A stretch of 64,000 nucleotides of DNA from Mustelus asterias (lineage: Eukaryota), in NCBI RefSeq assembly GCF_964213995.1, contig NC_135820.1, positions 620,001 to 684,000 on the forward strand, given 5' to 3'. Of the stretch, positions 48,870 to 61,963 are shown one piece after another. The translations under genes and the position numbers were made by a program. Each line of letters begins with the position of its first letter. The first letter of the stretch is position 1. The notes under the pieces are model-generated. The model did no database searches. It was not told the DNA's origin and worked only from the letters and a program-made list of their open reading frames with translations.

Positions 48870-51800
48870 CGTTCAGATTCAGGTTAAAATTCAAATTCTA
48901 TTGGCTAGATTCCATGTCACTTCAACAACAGCCTATAGAACCCATAAACCACTTTATCAGCAGATGCAGAGAAAAGGGTCCATCCAGTGTCTTTCCAAAG
49001 GCAGAGCTGACAGACAGAATTGTTGAGTTGCTAATCGTATGCACTCCCATGGAAGTGTTCCAGAAAGATCCGCTAGACAAGCCTAAAACGTACAACATCG
49101 AAGAGCTACTCAAGGATAGATGTATGTGTGAAGAGATACATGCAGATCAGGAAAGCTTACAGATCTGGAGTACAACCCCAATTGTTGATTTGATTTGGTT
49201 TGATTTTATTGATTATTGTCACGTGTAATGGGATATAGTGAAAAGTGTTGTTTCTTGTAAGCTATACAGACAAAACATACCGTTACTAGAGTACATAGGG
49301 GAGAGGGAAAGGAGAGAGTGCAGAATGTAGTGTTACAGTCATAGCTAGGGTGCAGAGAAAGATCAACTTAATGCAAGGGAGGTCCATTCAAAAGTCTGAC
49401 AGCAGCAGGGAAGAAGCTGTTCATGATTCGGTTGGTGCGTGACCTCAGACTTTTGTATCTTTTTCCCGATGGAAGAAGGTGGAAGAGAGAATGTCCGGGG
49501 TATGTGGGGTCCTTAATTATGCTGGCTGCTTTTCCGAGGCAGCGGGAAGTGTAGACCGTGTCAATGGATGGGAGGCTGGTTTGCGTGACGGACTGGGCTT
49601 CATTCACAACCCTTTGTAGTTTCTTGCGGTCTTGGACAGAGCACTCCCTCAAACACCAAACCTAGCAAGACATGTGGAAGATGTGGTCTTTGCGATGCAA
49701 CAAGAAAGTGCCCAGCTTTCCATCAATTCTGCAAGGCAGAAAAGACCATTATCAGCGACAGTGCACCAGAGCAAAGACTGACACAGTTAAAAAGAGCCAT
49801 GCACTGATCCAAACAGTGTGTACAGAACGGGGACCTTCAATCAATAAGAATAACCTTCCGCTGTCCAATCAGAAACATATACATGGGGTGATTGACAAAC
49901 CAGAAAATGACAATGAGGTGCACAATGTGACGAAAGGCGGCAAACACATTTCACATCATCAATCTCAATGTGGAAAACACAGAAACCATCACACTGTCCA
50001 CTGTTTCACAAGATTGCAAGTATTTCCACTGAGAAGGTTAGTAATTACTCGTTATTGACCAAGATTGACACAGGGACAAATGTTAACAAACCAACTCTCC
50101 CTCCTCCTCTGCCCACCGCCCCGCTTCAGCCTGCAAAGCTGCAAATGTTAAAATGCATGTACGCACAGACATGGTACGCCATGACAAAACCTACTGCTGT
50201 GAAACTTCCAGTGTACAACTGTTCATTAGTACATGGTCCATTGTGCTGGAGGTGCAAGTGCAATCAATGCCACAGGTGTTGTGCACCACGGAAACTAAAG
50301 GCTCGGCAATCGCAGGTCTGCCGGTACGTTGTGAACTCACTCTCGTGACAATTCATAGAATCAGCCAGACAGCACAAGGTAGATCAGCCTCAGAAAGCAT
50401 GTAATTGCTGCATCTACACACGGATAGGAATGGACATTGAGTGAGACAAATGAGAGAAATATGGGATCAATCAAAGTCTCCAAGACAAGACAGAGTGGTG
50501 CAGCTCAAGGTCTTGTCATAAAGGAGGACAGGTCATTGATTCACAGCCTTTAAATGCAGCTTTGTAACATTGCCCTGACAAAATCTCCACATTTAAAGAG
50601 TTAACTCAAAGATTTGTACGTTCAAAATTCTTCTCGAATCTTGATGCCAAGCATGGTTACTGGTCAGTCCATCGCGGAGAAAAGTCCCAAGAGCTGACTA
50701 CATTTCACACCACATTTGGAACATACTGTTTTCAAGGATTTATTTTGAGGCTGTCTTTTCACCAGGATATATTTCAAGCTCAGATGAACCACATTAACTG
50801 CACTGTATCAGAATACATCTGTGTGTCCATGACATAGCTGGTGTGGGAAGATCGAAGCAAGAACATGACCACAATCTGTATTTATCTGCGTCAGGATGCA
50901 TCAATGAAGAATTGGTGATCAGCGGTCTGAAATGTAACATCAATGTACAGCAGGACAATTTCTTCAGTTCTATTCATTCCAGTGTTGACATATATCCCAA
51001 TCCAAGCAAAAGAGAGGATATTAAAGACATGCTCAAGACAGTCCCAATTTTGCTGAAGGGGGATTTTCACAGTAACTTCACAGTGTTCATGTGAGCCGAC
51101 TTTAGCTAATAAATAAACTTTTACTTTTAATATCATCCTTGCTCAGGTAATTGTTGAGAAATGAAGTGCCATTCCTGTGACACGAAGACTACCAATACCT
51201 CACGAGGCATCTGCCAGATAATTATTGTTAAAGGCAGCCAGGTCACCATACCAGAATATCTGTGGCTGGATATTCTTCAACATGATCACTCATACATGGA
51301 CATAGAGCAGACATACTCACAAGAGAGACAGTCTATTGGCCGGCCGGGCATGGTCAATGACAACGAGGTCATCAAGAAGTACGGGGCATGTCAAGCGCAT
51401 ATGTCAAATCAGCACAAAGAACCACTGAGTGCGCAGGAGGTTCCTACCAATCATTGGTCCAAAATCCCATCTGACCTCTTTCAAGTCCATGGCACTGACT
51501 TCATTTTGATTGTTTCCTACTTTACCAAGAACCCCATTATTCAACAATTGCACAATACATCAAGAACAAGTGTCGTGGATTCTCTGGGTGGTATTTTCAG
51601 TTCATTTGGTGTATCTGGAGAGATCATTTCAGAAAAGAGTCCACAATTTATTGGGACGGTATTTCAGGATGTGTGAGAAGTGGACTATCGATCAAACTGC
51701 TACTTCTCCTCCTTACCCTTCACATAATGGCCTAGCTGAATTAGTAATTTGCATGGTGATATCGAATTCTCAAATGTAGAGAAATCAACATCTACATATT

Positions 51801-52260
51801 ATAATCAACAAAAAACTGCTGGAAAATCTCAGCAGGTCTGACAGCATCTGTGGAGAGCAAGTAGAGCCAACGTTTCGAGTCTGGATGACCCTCCATCAGA
51901 GCTGAGAGGAAAGGTACAGCTTGTTAAAGGACTGCCTGAGGAAAATGCACGTACAGAATTGCTAGGCCTACAGTTGGGACAGTAAGTTCACATCCAGGAT
52001 CGCACAGAAGGTTTATGGCAACCAGTCAAGGTGTCAAGGATTTGTTCAGATCCAAGATCCTCAGAAATCATTACAAACAAAAGCACAATGGTGAGATGTC
52101 ACTGAGGACCAATCAGATCCATTCCTGCTCCTCAACCACTGTAGAATCCTATTACATCCAGGGTGAGATCCCAAATGCACCCAGGAACAATATCCACGTG
52201 CGACAGGATGTAGTGATGAATGTTGTGCTGCTATAAAGACAACAATCATTCATTGAAGAC
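48870..52260 (+). mobile_element. Highly degenerate Gypsy retrotransposon (nested Rex1 49186-49645); related fragment ~35100-35750
   Basis: RT remnants ~50600-50900 (LDAKHGYW-like); integrase WSKIPSDLFQVHGTDFILIVSYFTK...PQF in ORF 51161..51676. Confidence 0.7.
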
Positions 52261-52418
52261 TGTGTCGACATGTTGTGGGCTCATTGATTAAGACTAATAT
52301 CCAAGAGTGAGGATCCCACAGATCACTGCATGTGATTAAAGAAGGGAAAAAATCACTGACTTAAGGGAAGATTGCAGTAAATATTTAGAAAAACATCAAG
52401 TTAAATCTTCTCACTTAC

Positions 52419-52515
52419 TTTCTCACAAACATGAAGATGAAGATTCCAGCCAGGAAAATGCCCAACATGATCCCAGTTGTGAGCAATCCTGCTATCCAGT
52501 TACTGGTGTCTCTCT
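52419..52515 (-). CDS. Siglec-like gene C, transmembrane exon (uncharged)
   Basis: tttttacag|AG AGA...GTG AGA AA|gtaagt; (Q)RDTSNWIAGLLTTGIMLGIFLAGIFIFMFVR; 97 nt, phase 1-2. Confidence 0.88.
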
Positions 52516-52955
52516 CTGTAAAAACGGACATTAATTACTGCACTACGCTTTTAGAGAGATGCTCTGATGTATCTCGAGAAGCGAGACACTCACGCAATGT
52601 TTAAATACTCATTCTCTGGCAATGTCAACATTTATTGTCCATCCCTAGTTTCACCTTGAGAAAGTGGAGGCAGGTTTTCCTTCTGAACCACTGGTTTGAC
52701 ATGAACTGGAAGACCAGTTCAGAGGGCAGTTCAGAGTTAACCACATTGGTGTTTGAGGCTGGAGTCAACTATTCACTCAGTCCTGTTAAAATTGGCAGGT
52801 TTCCTTCCCAAAAAGAGTTATCAGTGACCTACCTTGTATGTGTGTAACCCCCTGCTGACCACTATATGGGGCTACTATTTAAATATTCAATCAACAGGAT
52901 CCCGAATTCCTAGCGGTTGATGTTGATTTGGCTAATTCCCTGTTTACCCATAAAT

Positions 52956-53605
52956 TTGCCTATATCGCGAGGGGGATAGAATATAAAAGCAGGGATGTCT
53001 TGATGCACCTGTACAGGGCATTGGTGAGGCCGCAGCTGGAATACTGTGTGCAGTATTGGTCCCCTTATATGAGGAAGGATATATTGGCATTGGAGGGAGT
53101 GCAGAGAAGGTTCACCAGGTTGATACCGGAGATGAGGGGTTTGGATTATGAGGAGAGGCTGAGGAGATTGGGTTTGTACTCGTTGGAGTTTAGAAGGATG
53201 AGGGGGGATCTTATGGAGACTTATAAGATAATGCGGGGGCTGGATAGGGTGGAGGCGGAGAGATTTTTTCCACTTAGTAAGGAAGTTAAAACTAGAGGAC
53301 ACAGCCTCAAAATAAAGGGGGGTCGGTTTAAGACAGAGTTGAGGAGGAACTTCTTCTCCCAGAGGGTGGTGAATCTCTGGAATTCTCTGCCCACTGAGGT
53401 GGTGGAGGCTACCTCGCTGAATATGTTTAAAGCGCGGATGGATGGATTCCTGATCGGTAAGGGAATTAAGGGTTAAGGGGATCAGGCGGGTAAGTGGTAC
53501 TGATCCACGTCAGATCAGCCATGATCTTATTGAATGGCGGGGCAGGCTCGAGGGGCTAGATGGCCTACTCCTGCTCCTATTTCTTATGTTCTTATGTTCT
53601 TATGT
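52956..53605 (+). mobile_element. Young CR1 LINE 3' fragment
   Basis: LYRALVRPQLEYCVQYWSP...; (TTCTTATG)n tail. Confidence 0.9.
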
Positions 53606-54560
53606 CAGTACTGTAATCGGAATATCAAAAATAAATTTAATAACACATATCATTAACAGACATAAAACAGTGAGCTCTGATCTATAACCGTTGGGGGCCC
53701 TCCGTTGGTGCACATATGGGGAAACTCATCCTCAGTAACACATTTGTAGATACTGTTCCAGTTGGACTGTATAGTCCCCACCAGTTACTCACGACACCCA
53801 CACACAGTCCAGGAGAGACACACGTGTGGAAGATGATGCCGCAGGAGGCAGAGGTGCCGCGAGCTATCCATGCAGCAACGTAGGTCGAGTGCGCTGAAGG
53901 CTGTCCTCCTCGTCGGTAATGAAAAGAACAGGCAGGGGAACGCCTGGCTGCCTCTCCCTCCAAACCGAATTCTCACTGCCTGGAAAAAGCTCTCTCTCTG
54001 CAGCTGCTTCACTTCCTCTCCAGCTCTCTCCCTCTCCAGCTCTCTGCCTCTCCAGCTCTGCCTCTTCAGCTCTGCACTGCTTCACTTCCTGGCACCTTTT
54101 TTTCCTCCCGCCCCCAGAGCAATCCCATTGGCCCAGCCCACATCACTCAACCAACAGCATCCTGTTCACAGCACCCACCCGGCAAACAGGACACTGAAAC
54201 CCACAAGGGACAAAGAACACTGGTAAATGTCTTCCGCACAAATTTTCCTCAGTCCCTTACATGTGTAATCTCTATATATGGATCAACCAAATTCAATGAT
54301 ACAATGTATTTTCAGAACACTATTACATTGTTGTTTGGGATCTTGCTGTGCACAAATTGATGGCCATGCTTCCATATTATAACATGATGACGATTCAAAT
54401 GTATTTCATTGGCTATAAAGTGTTTCAGGATGATCTCATCACCATATGAATGCAACTTTTCCTTTCCAAATTAACATTTACACATAAAATATTGAGAGTG
54501 TGTGTGTGTGTTTGAGTGTTTGTGTGTGTGAGAGAGATGTTGCAGTCTGTGTACACTCAC

Positions 54561-54842
54561 GTTCCACAGTGATGGTGATGGACCCCTCCACTGCTCCATG
54601 TTCATTCTCTGCCACACACTGATAGTCTCCAGTGTCCCAGGATGTAACGTGACGAATCACCAACCACAGCTCATTGTTGGATCTTGTTCTGTTCATTGTG
54701 ACATTAAGATGTCTCCAGGTCAGGTTAGAAGCTGGGAAGCTCTCGACAGAGCAGATTATCACTGTCGAATTCCCCTCAGTTATATTGATCCAGGAAGCAT
54801 CAAACATATCAAACAAAGTTATTGAAAGATTCTGCGGTGCAT
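54561..54842 (-). CDS. Siglec-like gene C, membrane-proximal C2-set exon
   Basis: ag|ATGCACCG...GAAC|gtgagt; 282 nt, phase 1-1. Confidence 0.9.
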
Positions 54843-54974
54843 CTAAAAACAAATGAAGATCAGTTAACTTACATGGACTGTGAATTACTTTGAGAGACTC
54901 TGAGAATGTGAAGGTGTGATATCAACATAGGTTCCTTCACCACAAACCGGGTAAACCAGAGACAAACTTTAGTT

Positions 54975-56140
54975 CAGTCCTGTGAGAGTGCGCACTGTCA
55001 GAGGGTCAGTGCTGAGGGAGTGCCGCACTGTCAGAGGGTCAGTGCTGAGGGAGTGCCGCACTGTCAGAGGGTCAGTACTGAGGTAGTGCTGCACTGTCAG
55101 AGGGTCAGTACTGTGAGAGTGCCGCACTGTCAGAGGGTCAGTGCTAAGGGAGTGCCGCACTGTCAGAGGGTCAGTGCCGTGAGAGTGCCGCACTGTCAGA
55201 GGGTCAGTGCTAAGGGAGTGATGCACTGTCAGAGGGTCAGTAGTGAGGGAGTGCCGCACTGTCAGAGGGTCAGTACTGAGGGAGTGGCGCACTGTCAGAA
55301 GGTCAATACTGAGGGAGTGCCACACTGTCAGAGGGTCAGTACTGAGGGAGTGCCGCACTGTCACAGGGTCAGTACTGAGGGAGTGCCGCACTGTCAGAGG
55401 GTCAGTACTGAGGGAGAGCTGCACTGTCAGAGGGTCAGTACTGAGGGAGAGCTGCACTATCAGAGGGTCAGTACTGAGGGAGTGCCGCACTGTCAGAGGG
55501 TCAGTACTGAGGGAGTGCCACACTGTCAGAGGGTCAGTACTGAGGGAGTGCCGCACTGTCAGAGGGTCAGTACTGAAGGAGTGCCACACTGTCACAGGGT
55601 CAGTACTGAGGGAGCACTGCACTGTCAGAGGATCGGTACTGAGGGAGTGCCGCACTGTCAGAGGGTCAGTACTGAGGGAGTGCCACACTGTCGCAGGGTT
55701 AGAATCTTAGAATCATAAAATCCTGCAGTGCAGAAGGAGACCATTCAGCCCATCTAGTCTGCACCGACCACAATCCCACCCAGCCCGTATTCCATAATCC
55801 CATGCATTTACCCTAGCTATTACCCCTGATACTTACGGGCTATTTAGCATCGCCAATCCACTTAACCTGCACATCTTTGGACTGTGGGAGGAAATCGGAG
55901 CACCCATGCAGATAAGGGGAAAACGTGCAAATTCTACACAAACAGTGACCCAAGGTGGGAATCGAATCCAGGTCCCTGGCGCTGTGATGCATCAGTGCTA
56001 ACCTCTGTACCACCGTGCCACCCTTAGAGGATTAGTACTGAGGGAGTGCTGCGTTGTTGGAGGGTCAGGGCTGAGGGAATATTGCAATTTTAGAGGGTCA
56101 GTACAGAGGTAGTGCTGAACTGTCAGAGGTTCCATCTTTC
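54975..56140 (+). repeat. 33-bp minisatellite with inserted HE1-like SINE (55700-56023, minus), ending in Deu-domain-like sequence
   Basis: Same unit and same intron position as in gene A. Confidence 0.9.
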
Positions 56141-56331
56141 ATATGATATATGATATCATATCATGGGATATAAATGATCCCAAGACATGATGTGATGGAG
56201 TGTTCTCACGAGGCAGTGCCGCTATTTAAAGGCAGACACACCAGCCCAAACCACAGTGCTGCTAGTGGGATATTACTGTGCAGAATGGAAACTATTACAC
56301 CTCATGTAGAATGAATTATATCTGTACTTAC

Positions 56332-56625
56332 ATTGCACAGTTAGTACGAGGATCCGCTCCGAAGAAACAGATGGGTATCTCACTCTACAGGTGAGATTGT
56401 GTCCATGGTGTTTGAGTGATGGGATCAGGGTCAGAACAGAAGTATAGGTCAGAGTAACACCATGCTGAGTTACAGTGTTTGAGACTGACCCAGGTACGTC
56501 AGTGGGAGTGTCCCAGGTTACGACAGGTGCTGTTCCATTGCACGTTGTGTTGAAGGTGCAGCTTATGTTCACACGCTTTCCTGCAATAATTTCAGCAGGG
56601 AATATCGTGGGTTTATCTGTGAAAT
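56332..56625 (-). CDS. Siglec-like gene C, domain-2-type C2-set exon
   Basis: ag|ATTTC...CAAT|gtaagt; 294 nt; 4 aa differences from the gene A exon. Confidence 0.9.
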
Positions 56626-57239
56626 CTAACACACAGAGAATGGATCCTTTTAGATAAATATAACATGAAGCATCAGTTCAAATAGAAATCACAGCCCCAC
56701 AAGAGAAAGCACTGTTACAAGGATGAAATCAGAATTGAGAGATTACAATGATCAGGAAAGAATTTCCTATTTTCAGACTTGCTGAAACTCTGTCAGCAGC
56801 TTAATACACTTTCACTCAGTGACCCTTGATTTGACCAGACTGGGTGAGGGTGGAGGGACAGCTCACAGCTCGGGGAGAACAGGTTCATCACTTTGTCCAA
56901 AGCCTGCCAAATTTAAATTAAATCCTGTTTGCGATAGGACAGAAACAGTTTGAAACTATCTCTGAACCAACAGCTAAAACAGAATAAGAATTCTATTGGA
57001 GTGGAAACATTGAGCGGGTTTTTACAGCCTCGCTTGGGCGAGACCGGAAATTCCCGCCTCAGGTCAATGGAGATTTCCATTGTCGGACCCTCACCCTCGC
57101 CAATTCCGTGGCGGGCGAGGTGGTGGAGTTCTGGCCATTATCCCTGTTTCTCTCTCGGCAGACACTGGCGGCCCAGCTGAGCTTTTCCAGCATTTTCTGA
57201 TTTTATTTTAGGTATCCGGAATCTGCAGTAATTTTGTTT

Positions 57240-58315
57240 TTCCTGGAATCAGAAAAGACCATAAAATATAGGAACAGATGTTGGCCATTCTGCCCCTCGA
57301 GCCTGCTCCACCATTCCAAAGGATCAGGGATGATCCAACATTCCTCACATCCACTTTCCAGTCCTTTCCCCGTAACCCTTGATTCCTTTACTCTCCCAGC
57401 CTTAAAGAAACACAAGGGCTCTGCCCCCACAGCTCCCTGTGGCAAGGGTTCAAAGACTCACTACCCACTGAGAGAAGAACCTCATGCTCATCTCAATCTT
57501 AAGTTGGTGCCCCTTTATTCTGAGAATATTTTCTCTGGTCCTGGACTCTGTCATGAAGGGAAACATCCTCTCAGTATTTACCATGTCAAGCCACTTAAGA
57601 ATCAAGTTGATTCAATTCGATCACCCCTCATTCTTCTAAAGTCCCAACCTGGTTAACCTTTCCTCCATATCGGGGATCATCCTCGTGAACCCTCTCTGAA
57701 CTGCCTCCAATTAAATAAAATCTTTCTAACCCCCTTGAAATAAAGGCTAACATTCCATTACCCTTCCTGATTACCTCTGTACCTGTGTGCTAGCTTTCTG
57801 TGTTTCATGCACAAGTTTCCCCCAAGCCCCTTTGTGTTGCAGCTTTCTGCAGTTTTTCTCCATTTAAATAATACTCTGTTCTTTTGTTCTCCCTTCCAAA
57901 ATGAACAACTTCGCATTTTCCCACATTATTACCACGAAGCATGAGAGGTGACCTGATAGAGGTGTACAAGATGTAGAGATTGGGTGGATTCTCGGAGGCT
58001 TTTTCCCAGGGCTGAAGTGGCTGCTACAAGAGGACACAGGTTTAAGGTGTTGGGGGGTAGGTGCAGAGGAGATGTCAGGGGTACGTTTTTCACTCAGAGG
58101 GTGGTGGGTGAGTGGAATCGGCTGCCATCAGTGGTGGTGGAGGCAAACTCGATAGGGTCTTTTAAGAGACTTCTGGATGAGTACATGGAACTTAATAGGA
58201 TTGAGGGTTATAGGTAAGCCTATATATAAGCCTAGGTAGGTAGGGACATGACCGGCGCAACTTGTGGGCCGAAGGGCCTGTTTGTGCTGTATTTTTTCTA
58301 TGTCCTATGCTCTAT
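57240..58315. mobile_element. CR1 fragments (minus ~57240-57930; plus ~57935-58315)
   Basis: TRGHRFKVLGGR...FFTQRVVGEWNRLP. Confidence 0.7.
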
Positions 58316-58879
58316 ATTCCATTTGCCAACTTTCTGCCCAGGTAGTTAACCTATCAACATCTCTTTGTAAACTGTTTGTATCCCTCTTGCTCAGGTTATT
58401 AATCAGGTTATTGATCAGATTGCTGTCTGTGGGAGCTTGCTGTGCACAAATTATTCACTAATAAATCCAATCTGGAATTCAGCAGGGACTCATTTACCAC
58501 AGTGTTCAGAATGTGAAATTCAGGAATTATTTAATTGTCTGTGAATCAATTTGTGATGTCCTGAGGTGGTGACAGGTGCTATAGAAATGTGAGTCTTTCT
58601 TGTGCCGATATGTCAGACTATTAAACAGGATGAGAGAGATCGATGGGATTGGATAACCCGATAACATTGATGGACGCAGTCAGTATATTTAATCATTGAT
58701 ATTAAAGTGAGTATTAGAGGTTGCTTTAGGACTGAACTGGAAGCTATCACCAGGTAATTGATAAGCAGACACTGTAATAATAAGCTGTGTTTTGTGTGAA
58801 TATGTAAACATCACAGTTTGTGTTATTTCCCATTGAGTGATGAATGTGAATTATTGAGTAATTATAACACAGAACTTAC

Positions 58880-59245
58880 CAGAAACGTGAAGCTGGGTTA
58901 CAGGGTAGTAGTTGCATCTATTCTTGCCGTCAAATTCTATTCTGAAAAAATAAGGTCCAGCATCTCCCCGTCTGACGTTGTTTATAATCAGGGAACAGTT
59001 GCCATCTTTCAGGTCTCCAGACAGCCGGGTCCGATTGCGGAACCGTGATGATATACTATTGTGATCCTTGGAGTAAAAGGCTACAGACGATGATGATTGT
59101 CCCTTGCCATTATACCAGACTCCATCTCGTGGTCGGTGTCTCAGACACGATGGATAACTATACTGACATGGAATCTGTACACACGAACCTTCCTGCGCTG
59201 TCACCTTTTGTGGAGTGTCACCTTTCCATTCCTGTGACGGTTCAG
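58880..59245 (-). CDS. Siglec-like gene C, second V-set exon
   Basis: ccag|CTGAAC...TCTG|gtaagt; 366 nt; AEPSQEW...SCVQIPCQYSYPSC...GNCSLII...DAGPYFFRIE...NRCNYY. Confidence 0.9.
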
Positions 59246-59697
59246 CTGGGGTGAGAAATATCAACATTTAACACTGGATGGATTGTCAATCCTCAAAATG
59301 TACAGATGGGAGTGAATTGGGGCCATGATCAATACCGAGGAGGACTGCAGTGAATTACAGGAAGATATTAATAAATATACTGGATGGACAGATAATTGAC
59401 AACTGAATTTCAACATTAATAAATGTGAAGTATTATATCTTGGTTCGAAAGATGAGGAGTTTGCATCTGACCTCGAAAACGTAAATCGAAATGGATTAGA
59501 GGAACAGTTTGATCTGAGAAACAAATACACAAATCAGTAAAGGTAGAGATACAGGTGAACAAAGTGATGAAACAAACAATCCAAACATGAGAGATTATTT
59601 CTAGAGGGATGGAATTCGGAAAGTCGAGAAGTTATCTTCAACCTGTCTTGAACCTTGGCCAGACCACAGCTGGAGTAACGAGTACAGTTCTGGTCAC

Positions 59698-60930
59698 CTT
59701 ATTGAGTTTTTTGAGAAAGTGACCAAGGAGGTGGATGGGGGCAAGGCAGTGGACGTGGTATATATGGATTTTAGTAAGGCGTTTGATAAGGTTCACCATG
59801 GTAGGCTTCTGCAGAAAATGCAGATGTATGGGATTGGGGGTGATCTAGGAAATTGGATCAGGAATTGGCTAGCGGATAGGAAACAGAGGGTGGTGGTTGA
59901 TAGTAAATATTCATCATGGAGTGCGGTTACAAGTGGTGTACCTCAGGGATCTGTTTTGGGGCCACTGCTGTTTGTAATATTTATTAATGATCTGGATGAG
60001 GGTATAGTTGGGTGGATTAGCAAATTTGCTGATGACACCAAAGTCGGTGGTGTGGTAGACAGTGAGGAAGGGTGTCGTAGTTTGCAGGAAGACTTAGACA
60101 GGTTGCAAAGTTGGGCCGAGAGGTGGCGGATGGAGTTTAATGCGGAGAAGTGTGAGGTAATTCACTTTGGTAGGAATAACAGATGTGTTGAGTATAGGGC
60201 TAACGGGAGGACTTTGAATAGTGTGGAGGAGCAGAGGGATCTAGGTGTATGTGTGCATAGATCCCTGAAAGTTGGGAATCAAGTAGATAAGGTTGTTAAG
60301 AAGGCATATGGTGTCTTGGCGTTTATTGGTAGGGGGATTGAATTTAGGAGTCGTAGCGTTATGTTGCAACTGTACACAACTCTGGTGCGGCCGCACTTGG
60401 AGTACTGTGTGCAGTTCTGGTCCCCACATTACAGGAAGGATGTGGAGGCTTTGGAGAGGGTGCAGAGGAGGTTTACCAGGATGTTGCCTGGTATGGAGGG
60501 GAGATCCTATGAGGAGAGGCTGAGGGATTTGGGATTGTTTTCGCTGGAAAGGCGGCGGCTAAGAGGGGATCTTATTGAAACATATAAGATGATTAGAGGT
60601 TTAGATAGGGTGGATAGTGATAGCCTTTTTCCTCTGATGGAGAAATCCAGCACGAGGGGGCATGGCTTTAAATTGAGGGGGGGTAGTTATAGAACCGATG
60701 TCAGGGGTAGGTTCTTTACCCAGAGGGTGGTGAGGGATTGGAATGCCCTGCCAGCATCAGTAGTAAATGCGCCTAGTTTGGGGGCGTTTAAGAGATCCGT
60801 AGATAGGTTCATGGACGAAAAGAAATTGGTTTAGGTTGGAGGGTCACAGTTTTTTTTTTTAACTGGTCGGTGCAACATCGTGGGCCGAAGGGCCTGTTCT
60901 GCGCTGTAATGTTCTATGTTCTATGTTCTA
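59698..60930 (+). mobile_element. Young CR1 LINE (open 371-aa RT ORF) nested in an old CR1 (~59300-61250)
   Basis: DFSKAFDKVHH...SGVPQGSVLGP...KFADDTK; (GTTCTAT)n tail. Confidence 0.93.
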
Positions 60931-61597
60931 TATTATACAAAAGGTTGGAGAGACACTGGAGAGGGTGATAAAAAGATTTACAAGGATGATATTGGAAATG
61001 TGAGGGTTTATCTGTCAGGTGCAGATGAATGAACTGGGTCTCGATTCTCCTGAAAAGAGAAGGTTCAGGCTTGACCATATAGAGAACAGTAACATTCGGA
61101 AAGGCTTTGGTGTAGAGGAGACACAGGGAGAAAGTTTCCACTTGTGAGGAAGATAGACCCAGAGGCTAAAAATATAAGATAGTCACTAATAAATCCAATC
61201 CGCAATTCAGAAGATTCTTATTTGTCCAGAGAATGGTGAGAATGGAGAAATTCAGGAATTAATTCATTGCCTGTGATCTGAGGCGGTGACAGGCGCTATA
61301 GAAATGTGAGTCTTTCTTTTCTCGATATGTTAGACTTTTAAACAGCATTAGAGAGATCTATGGGATTGGATAACCCGATAACATTGATGGACGCAGTCAG
61401 TACATTTAATCATTGATATTAAAGTGAGTATTAGAGGTTGCTTTAGGACTGAACTGGAAGCTATCACCAGGTTATTGATAACCAGACACTGGGTTATAAT
61501 AAGTTGTGTTTTGTGTCAATATGTAAACATCACAGTTTGTGTTATTTCCATTGAGTGATGAATGTGAATTATTGAGTAATTATAACACAGAACTTAC

Positions 61598-61963
61598 CAG
61601 AAACCTGAAGCTGGGTTACAGGGTGGAAGCTGTAATTATTTCTGTTCTCAAATTCTATTCTGAAATAATAAGGTCCTGCATCTCCCCGTGTGACGTTGTT
61701 TATAATCAGGGAACAGTCGCCATCTCTCAGGTCTCCAGACAGCCGGGTCCGATGGCGGAACTGTGACAACTCACGATTGTGATCCTTGGAGTGAAAGGCG
61801 ATAGATGATACATTCCGTATCTCGTTATTGTACCAGATTCCAACTCGCGAATGGTTTGCCAAATGTGATGGATAAGTGTAATGACATGGAATCTGCACAC
61901 ACGAACCTTCCTGTGCTGGCACCTCTCGTGGAGTGTTGTCTTTCCACTCTTGTGACAATCCAA
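61598..61963 (-). CDS. Siglec-like gene C, first V-set exon
   Basis: ccag|TTGGAT...TCTG|gtaagt; 366 nt; VGLSQEW...SCVQIPC...GDCSLII...DAGPYYFRIE. Confidence 0.92.

Noticed and set aside
10731-61963. Multiple V exons as rearranging Ig/TCR/NAR V segments
   Set aside because: V exons include the G strand and end in gtaagt donors; no RSS heptamer/nonamer follows; Cys pattern is Siglec-type, not YYC
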